A DNA stretch of 64,000 nucleotides from Ministeria vibrans ATCC 50519 (taxonomy: Eukaryota > Protista > Filasterea), in assembly GCA_943704425.1 (NCBI GenBank), contig CALSCP010001494.1, positions 123,296 through 187,295 on the forward strand, read 5' to 3'. The notes under the pieces were generated by a model that had not been told where the DNA came from, searched no databases, and worked only from the letters and a program-made list of their open reading frames with translations. Below, piece by piece: positions 1 to 15,926 of this stretch. Positions within the stretch are counted from its first letter, which is position 1, and each line of letters begins with the position of its first letter. The position numbers were made by a program, and so were the translations under genes.

Positions 1-756
1 ATCGACCAGATTCCCCCGCGCCACCATCACCTACACAATCGTACAACATCAGTCACAAATACTCTGTTACACAGTGTCTTTTATTTGATGCGTGTGTGGT
101 CTTTACCAGTGCGTCAATGTGAAGATCCCAACAGACGTGACCCTTCTCAATGCAGAGTGCCTGCAAAAGGATGCTCGTCGTGAGCAGGTGAAGAGTCACA
201 GACGAAAAAGCCTTACCTCCAGATCGACTGCACCCTCTGCATCCATCGACATCTGTAGCGTATGTGCCAATTCGCCACTCAATTCGTCGCCGCCCTTCCC
301 TTCAAATTCTGGTGAGGCACTCGCAGAACTACGCACAGTCGCATGTCAAACGTGAAAACTCGCCTCTTGCCTTCCTATTACCACTCCACATGAACAATGA
401 CGCGGCCCAGATGAGGTGCGTCGCGACTAGGCTCGCCAATCTCTCCCTTGACGCCGACAATCACGTCTGTTTCCGCCTACAGTCGTCAAAAACAGGGTTG
501 ACACAAAAAAAGAAAAAGGAGCGCTCTCTGTGGGTGTACCAGTCTGAGACGCGCACTTCCGTTTGTATTCGACACCACACCAGTCTCCACACGGAAAGGA
601 CGAAACTGCGTCCTGTTGCGACCGTCGGCGCGCATGTTGGCAGCCAGGCCGGCGACTACAGGAGCGAGGCAGCGTGCGTGATCAATGCGCTGCCTCTGCG
701 CCCCGTTCCCTACCTGTATACGACTTCTCAAACTCCGATATTAACTGTGTTGACAT
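1..756 (-). CDS. EXOSC7: Exosome complex component RRP42 (5' part; runs off the left edge)
   Basis: Manual splicing gives MSTQLISEFEKSYT|VAGLAANMRADGRNRTQFRPFRVETGVVSNTNGSARLRL|AETDVIVGVKGEIG...VHVE|CSASASPEFEGKGGDELSGELA...|ALCIEKGHVCWDLHIDAL|VMVARGNLVD. These are RNase PH-fold RRP42 motifs, and the introns are GT-AG. Confidence 0.93.
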
Positions 757-995
757 GGCCGCTACAATTTACACTGGATTAGGACCTCTTGCACTACAAC
801 AAAAAAAAACTTGTGAACTTTGGTCTTTCATAAAGATTTTGGATTAATCATTTTTTTTTCAATCTTGTGGTGTTCCGCTTCTGTTCCGCGGCACTTCTCT
901 CACCGACAACGAATCGGCCAGAAGGCCCCCCCCCCCCCCCCCCCCCCCCCTCGATTTCCACCATCTACTGACTCCGCGCAGCCCACGCCGCAGCC

Positions 996-3900
996 ATGGA
1001 CGCACACGGGCGTCGCGCGCCACTCTGCTTTACGACTTTGCTGATAGCACTCGTCACACTCACGAGCAAACAAGGTATTTCGGCTCGTGCCCTCCAATTT
1101 GCCCCGCCATCTCTATCTTGACACTTCTACATTGTACATGCCACGCTGCCCAGTGAGAAACGGCTCATTTTTTGCCTTCTTCCACTTTTTTCGTTTCGCT
1201 AGTTTTTATTGTGTTGACGTCTACAAACGTAATAAACTCACTCACGCGTTCCTCCTTTCTCTCTGTAGCTCTGTCGCACCCTGTCGTTCTCAGTACAGCT
1301 ACTGCTGAGAGTCTCGCAGAGAGCATGTTCGCTTTCCCGCTTTCCCTGCCTCCCCACACGGGTAATAGCGATTTGCAACTGGTGGTATTTTTCGCCGTTT
1401 CTGCCGTCAATGAGACGACAGCGTTGCCGGCCATTGACGAAGTCAGCTTTGGCGCATACACGCTGCAATCGGTCGAGTCCAGCTCCTTCGGCGGCGCGGG
1501 TCTCGTCGTGTTTGGCACAGAGTACGGCGAAGATGTCCATCTGGCGGGCGGAACAAACGTCACCGTCGGTCTGTCGTCTGCGACCGGCAATGTCGCTGCC
1601 TTCGCGCTCATCATGTCCGTGCCCACAGAGCAGTTCAGGGAAGCTGTTGTGAGCCAGGGCGTGTTCAACGACTCCGCCATTCTCCAAGTAAGTTCTCCAG
1701 ACCACAACACTCGCGCGATGCTCGCTGTCTCCTTCCTCAGCATCAAGGCAGCCTCTGCAACGCAGGTAAGATCCATTACAGCCCCGGTGCACACTCAACA
1801 CAAACTTATATTGACTGTGCTTTTTTTTTTGTGTGTGTGTGTACACTGTGTGTGTGTGTGTTACAGCTGACTCCAATCAACTCTGCGATTCTGAGTAACA
1901 CGTCAGCCTTAAACACGTTTGGCGCTCTATCCAGCACGATGGTGCTGGCGAACAGTTCCATCGAAGTCGGCTACTCGTGGAACACAACCGAGCCCAACAC
2001 ACCCGCCCTCATGTACACCATCTTCTTTTCCAACGTATCCGTGTGCGACTCAGGACCGTGCGCAAACGGCGGCGTCTGCTACGACGCAGATTCCGAGGTG
2101 ACCTGCCTATGTCCGTCCGAGACCACCGGCGAATACTGCGACGAGTATATTGATCGGTGCGAGTCGAGTCCCTGTACCAACGATGGCACATGCCACAACT
2201 TACAGACTGGCGGCTACAGCTGTGAGTGCGACTACGCCTACTTCATGGGCGACCATTGCGAAATTACCCTCGACGACTGCACCGTCAACCCCTGTGAGAA
2301 CGGCGCATCGTGCACGCCACTCGGCGGTCTCGGCGACGGCCTCATCTGCGACTGCTTATTAGGATTCTCTGGCTTCTACTGCTCCATTGGCTTTTCCTTC
2401 TGCTTGCTCCACACCTGCGTCAACGGCGGCAGCTGCAACCTCCTGTCCGGTTTGTGCGAGTGCCCCGTCGGTTACACCGGCTTTGGGTGCCTTCAACTTG
2501 ACTACCCTACGCTGTGTGCAAACTGTCCGCCTACCAGTACCTGCATTGCGTACACTCCCGACGACGTAAGTTGCGTCTGTCCCTTCCGCTACTACGGCGA
2601 TGACTGTCTCAACACAACTGCCTGCTTCGACGACCCCTGCTCTGGAGAAGCCTACTGCGTTGACGTCGACAAGGAGTTGCAAACCTTTGAGTGTAGCTGC
2701 CCCTACCCTCACTACAGCGAGCTCTGTGAGAACACAACAGCGTGCTACGACGAACCCTGCCTCAACATGGGCACATGTGTAGACCTCGACATACACATGC
2801 GTCTGTACGAGTGTACGTGTCCCTTAGACTTTGAGGGCGCACACTGCGAGAACACCAAATCACTTGATGCCATTGCAACGGAACTCGTGGCGAACGCCAC
2901 GCTCGAGAACGATGGGGTTGTCGTAGTCAATGCCATTGCTAATGCGACGTTCACGGCTGAGTCCTTCGCGCCCTACGTCGCCCTTGTCGCTAACGTCACG
3001 CTGGGCGCAGACACTACTCTCTCGCCCGAGCTTGCCAATGGCGTCATCGATGTGCTCAACGTCATCTTCGACACAGGCGCGACCGACGACAACAGTAGTA
3101 GTGTCATTGACATGCACTCAATGATCAACTCGTCGGCCATCGACAACCTCGTCAACATCTTCTCCTCACTCTTGAGTTCGAGCACATCCGTCCAAACAGC
3201 GCTCAAGAGCTCGTCGACCAAGAAGAGCCCCGCCGTGGCTCTCGAGCGCATGTCCGAACGTCTGCTCGGCTCCAACATGTCTGAGTGCAGTCGGACCATG
3301 GAACTTGTCGACCCCAACAATGTCGTGCGCCTCACGGGTCGCCTTGTGAGCACCAGCTCGCTCGCGAACAACCGCTCGTGGGTCGCGGGCGCCACGTCGT
3401 TTGCAGTCAGTCCCGAGATTGCTTCGGCATCTTCCTTTGTCAGCACAAACTGCACGCGACTCATTATCAATGTCATGCGTGGCGCTGCCTTCTTTGCAGG
3501 CACCGACGGCAACGACGCAAACATTGTCTCGTCCATCATGACCGCGACCTTTTCAGACCTCTCGCTGCCCAATCCACTGCCGAGCAACGCCACCGTCAAC
3601 CTCACACTGCCCCTCGACGCGTCCGCCCAGAGTGCATCACTTGCGCAGCTGCGCTGTGTCGCTTGGAACTTTACCTCACGTGTGTGGTCCGAGGACGGTT
3701 GTGTGCTTGTGTCACGTGACGGCAGTGACGTTACCTGCCGCTGCAATCACATGACCAATTTTGCTATTCTATTTGACGTGAATGGTGACGCAGCGCAGTC
3801 AACGGCAATCAATGTGGTCACCTACTTTGCGTCCGCCATCTACATTGGCGGCTGTGCCTCCGTAGTATTTGTATATTGCGTGCTCCATCGTCTTGTCACG

Positions 3901-5484
3901 CGCCCCCTTGCCCTCGTGGTCATATGCTGTGCCGCGTCGCTCCTCTCCGCTCTCCTCTACCTTGTCAACTACATCGCAAGCGACTCTATCTCCTCATCCG
4001 GCTGCTACGCTCTCGGCCTTGTCTATCACTATGTATTATTGGCACAACTCACGGCTCTTGGCTGCATCGGCCTTGCTTTCGATATTCTGCTTTTCCACGC
4101 CCGCTTGTTGACCTCGCGTGACATGAGACGCATTGTGCTTGCTGTATTGTTGCTCCCCCTTGTCATTATTGGCGTCTACCTAGCGATTCTGGCGAGTCTT
4201 CCGTCCACCTCGATCTCCAGTGCGTACACTAATCGAAATGGCGGCTTGTGCTTTCTGCCGAGCACCGACCGCCTGTGGGCGCTGGTGGGCGCGCCGCTGC
4301 TTGTAATGATTACGCTGAACGCAGTGCTTTACTGTCGAATAGTACACTCGCTGCACACGTCCCAGACGAGACTGAGCGAGTCGGCACGCGAGAGCCGCTT
4401 GAACGCGAGTCTGTCGCTCTTCGTGCTTCTGGGCCTCACCTGGGTATTTGGCGTGCTCTCCATTGGTGTGTCACATGTCTCAATGCAGTACGCCCACTAC
4501 TTGATGATGGCAGCGACGGGTGTTTTCATGGCGGTCGCCTACGCCTTCTCACCGACCATGCGCAAAGGATTGCGCGATCTCTGGCGCAGTGCCCACAGTT
4601 CGTCGTCGAGCAACGCCAACAAGCGTCATCGCCGCGACGCGCAACCCGTGCCCCTCAACAGTCCTGTGCTTGCACGCAAATCCAGTCTGGCCCGGCGCAC
4701 CATGGCCGTGCTGACCAATGGACGCGTGCGCGTAGCCGATGTACACGCGCGGATGCCAGGCAATCCCCTGGGATTGGCCTCAGCATCAACCGCGTCCACG
4801 CTCAGCACCGACCCCAGCTTGTTGACCATGGCTATGTCACCAGGTGCTGGCTCACGGGGCACCCAACTGCATCAGTTGCCACTGCTGATTGACCATGTGT
4901 ATGACCCCACCGAGAAACGCTACGTACCTGTTTCGAGTCCATTGTCGACTCCTATTGCGGTGCAGCGTAGTGCGCATCGACGCAAGAAGGAAGTACCCGC
5001 AGCAGCAGTAGCAATGACGGTGGGAAATGTGCCAGTCCTGACGATTGAGGCGGACGCCAACACACAATGGGTGTGCAACGACGACGAGCCGTCGCAGCAT
5101 CTGGGACCATTGGCAGAGCAAAGTCGTCACGAAGAGGCACAGCAACAGAAAGCAAAGCGTGCGCTGTCGCCCAAGACACACAGCTCCTCTGCGCATGACT
5201 GGACCAAAGCGCGCTACCAGTCGAGCATTTACTCGATTGCCTCGGTTGAAACGACCGTGTCGCTTGCAGGCGACCGCGGCTCCTACAACCCGCACAAGCA
5301 AGCAGTCGATGGTGTAGCGGGCGCACCGCAACACTGGACGTGCGAAGTGGCGGGGGCGGACGCAGACGACGACGATGACGGGTTCGACATGGACGACGAC
5401 ACGGACAAGGCTCATGATGCCATCACCATGACTGTGCTCAACCCTCGGCGCCTCTCCTTCACTGAGGACGAGCCTATCAGCTAA
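996..5484 (+). CDS. Adhesion GPCR #1: signal peptide, unknown ~220-aa N-terminal domain, 7 EGF, GAIN/GPS, 7TM, S/T-rich tail
   Basis: Exons 996-1074, 1269-1765 and 1867-5484 splice in frame. GPS is CVAWNFTSRVWSEDGC...CRCNHM|TNFAILF, followed by seven hydrophobic segments. Confidence 0.93.
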
Positions 5485-5693
5485 AAGCTGTGAGCAGAGG
5501 AAACGGCGATAAACCACCTCGCGTATGTATTGCATATCCTGTACAATTTCAAATCATTGAAACAAACGTCATTGATTTGATTAATAATATTTTTGACACA
5601 ACAGAAAGAAAGGGGGTAGTGGAAAGGATACCCAAAAAAAATTGGTGTATTGTGTGAAAAAACTGTAAAAAAAAACCCCCCCCTCCAGGCAGG

Positions 5694-8822
<3,129 letters not shown>

Positions 8823-9077
8823 TGTTTGATGAAATTGCGCCGCTGAGTGATCTGACTTGATTCCGGCTGAAAGAGTGAGGCAGGTTCTGCGTCAAAGCGG
8901 TAGCAAAGAGTAGGCAAAACAACGAGAAAAAAATATAGGGAGTATGAGTGAGAGTCCTATTGTGGTGATGACTGAGAGAGAGAGACGAATGAGTAATGAC
9001 GATCATAGTTCTAAAACACTCAGCAGAATTATTTGACTTGACGCTGCACTCACTACAGAGTAGCGTCTTTCTCTGCC

Positions 9078-9811
9078 ATGTTACTGTTTTGCCCACGATG
9101 CGGCAACATGCTGGTCACGTCGACGGTGACCTCTCGCACTATGGAGGACAGAGGAAACTGCTTCAAGTGCCCCACCTGTCCCTTTGCCTATCGGTCAGAG
9201 ACACAGACCCAGACACAGACACACACAGAGAGAGACAGACAGACAGAGAGACACACACACACACACATACAGAGAGAGAGAGAGAGAGAAAGACACAGAG
9301 AGTCAAATTTCTCATTTCGCTCTTGCTCTCGTTCTGTCCTATAGGATTCGAAAAAAGGTTGCTGAGAAGAAGTTTACGACACTCAAGAGTGTTGACGATG
9401 TTCTCGGCGGCGAAGGCGCCTGGAAGAACGTCGAGACGACCAACGGTAGAGCAACGAAAAGATTGATTCAGACTTAACTTTTTCTCTCACTCTATCACTT
9501 TGTCTCTCTATCACTTTGTCTCTCTATCACTTTGTCTCTCTATCACTTTTGTTTTTCTCTCTCTATCACTTTGTTTCTTTCTCCTCTCTCTCTCTCTCAA
9601 ACTCTCTCTCTCTCTCTCTCTCTCTCCCTCTCTCTCTCCCTCTCTCTCTCCCTCTCTCTCTCCCTCTCTCTCTTTCTCTCTTGTCGCAGTCACTTGTCCA
9701 CAGTGCTCGCACGACAGTGCCTACTTTATGCAGATGCAGACACGCAGTGCGGACGAGCCCATGACCATTTTCTACCGGTGTTGCGAGTGTCGCTACCAGT
9801 GGCGTGACTGA
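9078..9811 (+). CDS. POLR3K: RNA polymerase III subunit RPC10/C11
   Basis: Exons 9078-9193, 9345-9445 and 9690-9811 give MLLFCPRCGNML...CPTCPF...VDDVLGGEGAW...CPQC...QMQTRSADEPMTIFYRC. Confidence 0.97.
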
Positions 9812-9897
9812 TTAGTGGAAGTGTGTTGGATGAAAAATCAATGTACAACATGTGTGTAGTTTATATACAGAAGAAGTAAGGAGGAAGTGCTCGTCGC

Positions 9898-11500
9898 TCA
9901 GTCGTAGCCCTGGTTTTTGGGATTGAGGGGGGAACGAGACTGGTACGAGAGGGAGAGATAGCCGACGTGGGTAGCGCCGGTGGAGCGTCCGAGGAGGGGT
10001 GAGGAGGGTGAGGAGGCGAGCGGGTCATCGCCGGCACCAGTGTCCGTGTAGTAGAGGTAGTCAACGCCCGACTGGTTGATGGCGCTGCTGCCGCTGCTAA
10101 TGTTGTTGTTGTTGCGAGGGGAAAATGGAGGTGGGGAGGGGGCGGAGGGGCGGGCGGAGGCGGCGGGGGAGTTTTGCTGCTGGCGTTTGGCGGCAATGGA
10201 CGAGCGGGGCAGGATGTCGTCCTCCCATGTGAAATGGGCCGACTGGACGAGAGCCGACTGGCGCGCCCGATACCAGCGTGGGATGAAGATGACGGCGAGC
10301 AGAATGGCGCCAACGCCCGCAATGACGGACGGGACGACATACGCCACAAGAAGCAAGTTCTGATGTGCAGGCGACGCCTCTTTAATGGCAATGAAGCGCG
10401 TTGTGTGCGCGGTATTAAGTGGATTCTGTGCAGTCAGGTTCACCACAAAGGACCCTATCAGACGACAAGGTAAGAAAAAGAGTCATTTTTCTTTGTTCGT
10501 CCCATTTTTTTTCTCTCTTCCATCACTTTGATTCACACACCAACTCCCTATCTTCTCAAACTCTTTCAAACTCAAACTCACTCACACAAAAGGAACAAGT
10601 ACGTACCAGTCGAGTTGTACGTGTGAGTGAAGAGACCCGAGGAGTTGCTCGACTCGCTCGCGCCATCGCCAAACTCAATGGTGTAGACGCGCGGAAAAGA
10701 CCCAGTGCACGAGATGGAGAACACGACAACGGCCCCTGGCTTGGCCGTGGCCGGGCCAATGCTCGCGACATTCCCAATGGGATCTGCCGCAAAACATGGA
10801 AGAGAAAACGAATGTTGAGTGCGTATCATGCGTGTGTGGGTGTGTGTGGAGTGTGTGTACCGAGAACTGTGTAATTGAGGGCCACTTTGGCGTAGCTAAT
10901 GTTGTTTGCGACAACAACTTGAATGGGATAGATGCCTGCGTACGGGTACTGGTACTGGGCAACGTTGGTTTGTGTCAGGCGAGTGTCGTTGGCGTGCTCG
11001 GACGGGTCGCCGAAGATCCAGGCGTACGCAATGAACGAGCCGTTTACACAGCCGTGGCACGATGCAATTAGCGTGCTGGGTGATGCTGAGCTGCCGTAGG
11101 GGGTTTCTCCTCGCAGCGACATGGCCGAAAGAGAGTCTGTGTGCGAGAGAAGGGCAGTGAGTCGCGAGTTCACATGCACCGCCGTACCTTCAACCCACGC
11201 GAGGGTGTAGCCCGTGCCAACCTCCTTCAGGCCACTTCTCACGGTGACGGTGACATTGAAGATGCCTTGGTTCGCATACGTATACGACTGCGGTGCAAAA
11301 GTGGGAAATTTCCAACAGGAGTCAAAAAAACGTTTTTTTTTTTTCTCGTGTCGTCTTCGTTTTCGCTCTTCTGCTCGTTTGTACACCACCGCTCTTTCGT
11401 TGCCGTACCTGCTTCGACGACGCCGTCTGCGTCTGGTCTACAACGACTTTTGAACCATCGCCAAAGTGCCAGCGAAACGTGTACGACTCCTACGGGGAGT

Positions 11501-11539
<39 letters not shown>

Positions 11540-11733
11540 GAAAGATCATAAGATCAAAACGCAACTGACTGCTGGTTTACCGCTGGCGAGTCGGTCTGAA
11601 GGGTTGCAACCACTGTCGTGGCTGAGCCCAGCTGGGTCACGGCCGTGCCGAGGATCGACACGTTGACCACACTGACACTGTGGACGAGACTCAGGCACAC
11701 TGCGAAAACCACGACAAGACGCACGGGGCGCAT
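9898..11733 (-). CDS. Single-pass membrane protein with 3 PKD domains (TMEM130/PMEL-like architecture)
   Basis: Signal peptide; PKD motifs WHFGDG..SYTY..G.FNVTVTV, WIFGD..YQY..G.YPIQV and IEFGDG..HTY..G; TM helix LLLVAYVVPSVIAGVGAILLAVIFI; Tyr-containing tail. Confidence 0.82.
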
Positions 11734-11989
11734 GGGCAAGGCGGGCGGATGGGGCTGAAAGGAGCACGAGACAATTGGCAGGCGCCAGCAGAAGATGAAG
11801 TGTCAAGTAAGTGAGTGAGTGATGAACTAAAGTCTAAATGTCATGAAATTTAATTTAATCATCTATAAAATTAACATTTTATACGATCTGCGTCACGTTG
11901 AAGCTGGTGGAGTGTGTGTTTCGGCGTTCAAATTCCCGCTTTGTAAATTGTGCGGGATCAAGGCTTTGCTAAGAAAAGAAAAAAAGAGT

Positions 11990-12122
11990 ATGCTGCGGAT
12001 ACGCACTGGAGCTGTAGTTACCTGTGTCTGCGGCGTTGCTGTGGTCGCCCTGCTTGGTCTGGCGTACTGGGATGCTCTCCCGGGCGGCAGTGGGATGGTT
12101 GACGATGCGCAGGGTACGGTGC

Positions 12123-12169
<47 letters not shown>

Positions 12170-14237
12170 TGAAACGAACGCGTTGTACTATTTCGTAGGT
12201 CGCGTGCGCGAGAACGATCCTTTAGAGCAAGCTCGTCGTGAGCTGAAGGGCATGCAGATTGCATTAGACATTGCGCTGAAGGAAAAGCGCGAAATGGAAC
12301 AGACTGGTAAGAAATCGGAGAAGAGACACTGCTGCTGATGCTGCTGCTTTTTGCCCCCGCCAGTCGACCATATGCGCAAGCAGGAGGCTCAACGACGCAC
12401 CGCAGCTGAGGCGGAGGCAGTGCTGGCTGCGACAGTGTCAGAGAAGGCGTCGGACGCCATTGGGGACATTGATTGTCTGTCGCGCACCTCAACCCAACCA
12501 CGCTTTCTCGTTGTGTGGCGCGCGGCTGTCTTTGAGGATTCGTGGATCTTCCACATGTTCAAGGGCGTCTGTTTTGACCTCATGCATGACCAACTGCCCA
12601 CAACCTTCCACAAACATGTCATTCTCGTGGCAAACAAACGCGACGACGTAAGCGTGCGCTGTTGTCTTATTGGGAGTGTGTGTCTGTGTTCTCATTTGCG
12701 TGTGTATCGGTTTTAGGTGAGTTCCTGGTTAGATCACGTTGCGAGCCACAACTGGACATACAATGAGATTGACGAAGAGACGCAAACGTACAAATCCACA
12801 ATGGATTTCTTTCACTTGAGCGGTATAAACGGAAGTGCAAAACAAGGGAGACGAAGCGAGTGAATTTTCTCTGTTAGATGAGCTGTTTAATGTGGTGTTC
12901 TTTGGAAAGTTCTACGCAAAAGGATTGTTTCGGAGCATTTTCCGGAACTACTGGAGCGACCATAAGTACGGACCACCGTACACCAACGCAGAGCACGTCA
13001 AGTGGCTGCCCCTCGGTACGCATGATGAGCATGTGTGTGTGAGTTCTCGTGATGTGTCTGTGTGTGTTTGCGACAACGCTAATCATTGCTCGAACCTCAT
13101 TGTTCCTAATGTGACAAGTGGACACTGACAAGTCTTACCTTAGGATGGACTCCTGGCTACGGGCCCATCTCCTCTTCTCTCATCACACCTGCTTCCACTC
13201 GCCGTTACAACATCACCTTTCTTGGCCAAGAAATCGTTTCTGAGGTACACAAACACACATTTATATAAGCACCCGCATAATATTCACCCCCCCCCCAATT
13301 CCCGTTCAAGTTGAATATATGAATGTATTATTATTATGTTTTTATTATTGATGTAATTAATTAAATGTTATTGTTTCTTTTTTGTTTTGTCCGTAAAGGA
13401 ACGTAAAAAGTATCTTCCTAAATGGAAAGAAGACGCTCGATTGGATTTTCACTCGGAAATCAGCAAAGGATTTATGAAAGTACGGGGAAAAACGAAGGAG
13501 AGGAGAGAACTTCTATACTGATTTGATTGTGCGTGTGGTTTGTAAAGGGACTGAATGTGCCAGACTATCGGGCGTTTATGCTGAACTCAATCATTGTACC
13601 GAATCTGAAGGGAGTCAATGACGATTGCTATCGGTAGACACATAGAGAGAGAGAACAAAGTATTGACAGAGACAGAGAAACAAAGTGATAGAGACGGAGA
13701 GACACAGTGTGTGTGTGTGTGTGTGTGTGCCTTTGTGGTGTGTATGTGTGTTATTGGGTTGCTCCTTTGCCATCTCTCTCTATCTCTTGGTGTCTTACGT
13801 GCGGGATTGTATGTAGTCTGTGGGAGGCACTTGAGGCTGGATGCATTCCAGTAGTGAAGCGCAGTGAGAAATTCCACTGGATTGGTGTGTCGCGCCAAGG
13901 TCAGAGCAGCGACGAGACAGCGCCCTTTCCGCTTGTCGACTCATTCGATGAGGTACGCACCACACAACACAGCCCCATTCATCAAGGCTCATTCATACTA
14001 TACTCATAAACTTTGACAAGTGCAAACCCAATGCCCAAGAGTTACCCTTCCTCATCTCTCCCAATTCTCCCCCTCTCTGGCTCTGTGTAGTTTGAGGACG
14101 TTGCGCTGTCGCTTTTGTCGGACCCAGTGCGCCTCGATGCCGTCCAGGCTTCCTCGTACGCCTGGTGGTCCCATTTCAAGCGCTCTGAGCAACGCGCGCT
14201 TAGAACCATTCTCCTCAGCAAAATCAGGAGAGGATAA
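11990..14237 (+). CDS. Type II membrane glycosyltransferase, exostosin/GT47-like (RXYLT1/TMEM5-like C-terminus)
   Basis: N-terminal TM anchor and coiled stem, then FRNYW..WLPLGW and DYRAFMLNSIIVPNLKGVNDDCYR|LWEALEAGCIPVV. About 10 exons. Confidence 0.72.
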
Positions 14238-14309
14238 CATTATTATTAGAAATGAACGTTTATGTACAATTTCATAAAGATGAATAAACACAAGAAGAAA
14301 AAAACACAG

Positions 14310-14977
14310 ATCACTCTTTGTCTTTGTTTTTGCGAGTAATGAGTGGACGGAGAAGACCGTGTTGGCGCTTGTGATGAAGCACTACAAAGGGTCCCTGAGT
14401 AAACGAGAAAGAGAGAGAGAGAGAGGAGGGAGAAAGAAATGAAGAGAAAGATGAGTGGCGCGAAGGCTACAAGGAGCGTGGTTTGTCGTGTGTTGATATT
14501 ACTGTGACAATGAAGTGGAAGTGAGAAGCAAGCTGGGCTTGAATGTGGGTAAAAAAGACGTCAGCGGAAGCACGGAGGACAGCGGGGTCGGAAAGCGGAG
14601 CATCGGGGGTCTTGCTCTTGCGGTCGCCCTTGGAGTGGTTGCTCTTTGTGTGCGCTGTCGTCGTTGTGGCGGGGGCTGCTTTGGTGCCGCGCGCGAGCAC
14701 CTCGAGGCCTACCTGCGTGTATGCGTCTGGATGAAGAACACAATCAACGGTGAGACAGCGAGCGCCTTTTGCGTCTGTGTCGTCGCGCACGGGGCTCCAT
14801 GCGCAGGTAGGTGGGTCAAGGTCCGCTGAGGGGGTCATGAGCAGGGACTGTGCCGGAGTTGTCGGCATGTCTTGGCAGTGTGTTATGTTGACAAAGAGCT
14901 TCTGAGGCGCCGAAGGCTCGGACGCGTGTCCATGTTCCATGATAGAAATCATTCTATGGCGAACATTAACACAGATG

Positions 14978-15010
<33 letters not shown>

Positions 15011-15620
15011 ATTCGCTTACACTTTGACACACACTCCAGCCTTTGGTGTCAGAAACAGATCCACTTCGGCGCCTCGTTCTCGCTCAACGCGACGCACATA
15101 CTCTTGATACTCTTTGGTTTGACTTGCATCTTGCGACTGCAACGAGAGAAACGAAGTTGTGTGTGAGAGACAAAGTGTGAACGGAATGCATTTGTCGATG
15201 TGTCGCCAAGAAGAGCGACAGAGACAAAAGAACGCGGTTCCGTGGCACGAGAGTCGCGGGAAGAGATGAGGTTCAGACGGAGTACACGCGTGACGGGGAG
15301 CGCAGTGCGACGAGAGGGTGGTGAGGGGGACGGTCACCGTAACAACGGTCACCGTAACAACGGTCACCGTAACAACAACGCAGACAAACGCGAAGCACAG
15401 GAGAGATCAAAAGACGTATGTCTACCTGCTTGGCGTATTCCTGCAGCAATTCGCAGAAGTCGGTGTTTGACATGGCCTCGGTGAGGCGCTGCACCTCAGA
15501 CTGGGTTAACGCCTCGCGAAGAATGTCGGCACTGGGCTCGTTTGGTCGACCACCGCCGTGGTGCTCGGCGATCGAGAGGAGCCACTGTTCGTCGGGATGA
15601 ATAGAGGATGACCCAGCCAT
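14310..15620 (-). CDS. DNAAF2: PIH1-domain dynein assembly factor, kintoun/PF13-like, short form (3' end uncertain)
   Basis: LTEAMSNTDFCELLQEYAKQ|SQD..KEYQEYVRRVERERGAEVDLFLTPKAGVCVK, KLFVNI and RDDTDAKGARCLTVDCVLHPD match the kintoun N-terminus and PIH1 domain. Confidence 0.75.
15331..15376. promoter_or_regulatory. Three tandem 15-bp units (CGGTCACCGTAACAA), each containing an X-box/RFX-like 14-mer, in kintoun intron 1
   Basis: The exact tandem repeat is visible. GTCACCGTAACAAC differs by one base from the consensus GTNRCC-NN-RGYAAC. Regulatory function is inferred. Confidence 0.4.
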
Positions 15621-15926
15621 CGGAGTGCGGGACAGGAAACGAAGTGACTAAATACTGAATATTTATTGTAACAATAAATATACGTGGTAGCTTTGAGAAG
15701 AGTCCACCAATCACACGAGGGAGCGGAGAAAGGTTGACCGATGGAAGAGACAAGTGATGCACAAGCGAGTGATGCGATACATATCAATATGGGACCGACG
15801 GCTCAACCTCATACGCATTGCTCAACTAAAGGTGTAAAGATGACCTATATCAACGGCGTGTACTGAATCAATGAAATAACGATGCGCATTACAGAAGAAA
15901 ATAAAAATAAACACCAAAAAAAAGTG

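Noticed and set aside
15661-15679. Perfect palindrome ATTTATTGT-A-ACAATAAAT upstream of the kintoun-like gene
   Set aside because: It is short and AT-rich within an AT-rich promoter, so chance is a plausible explanation.
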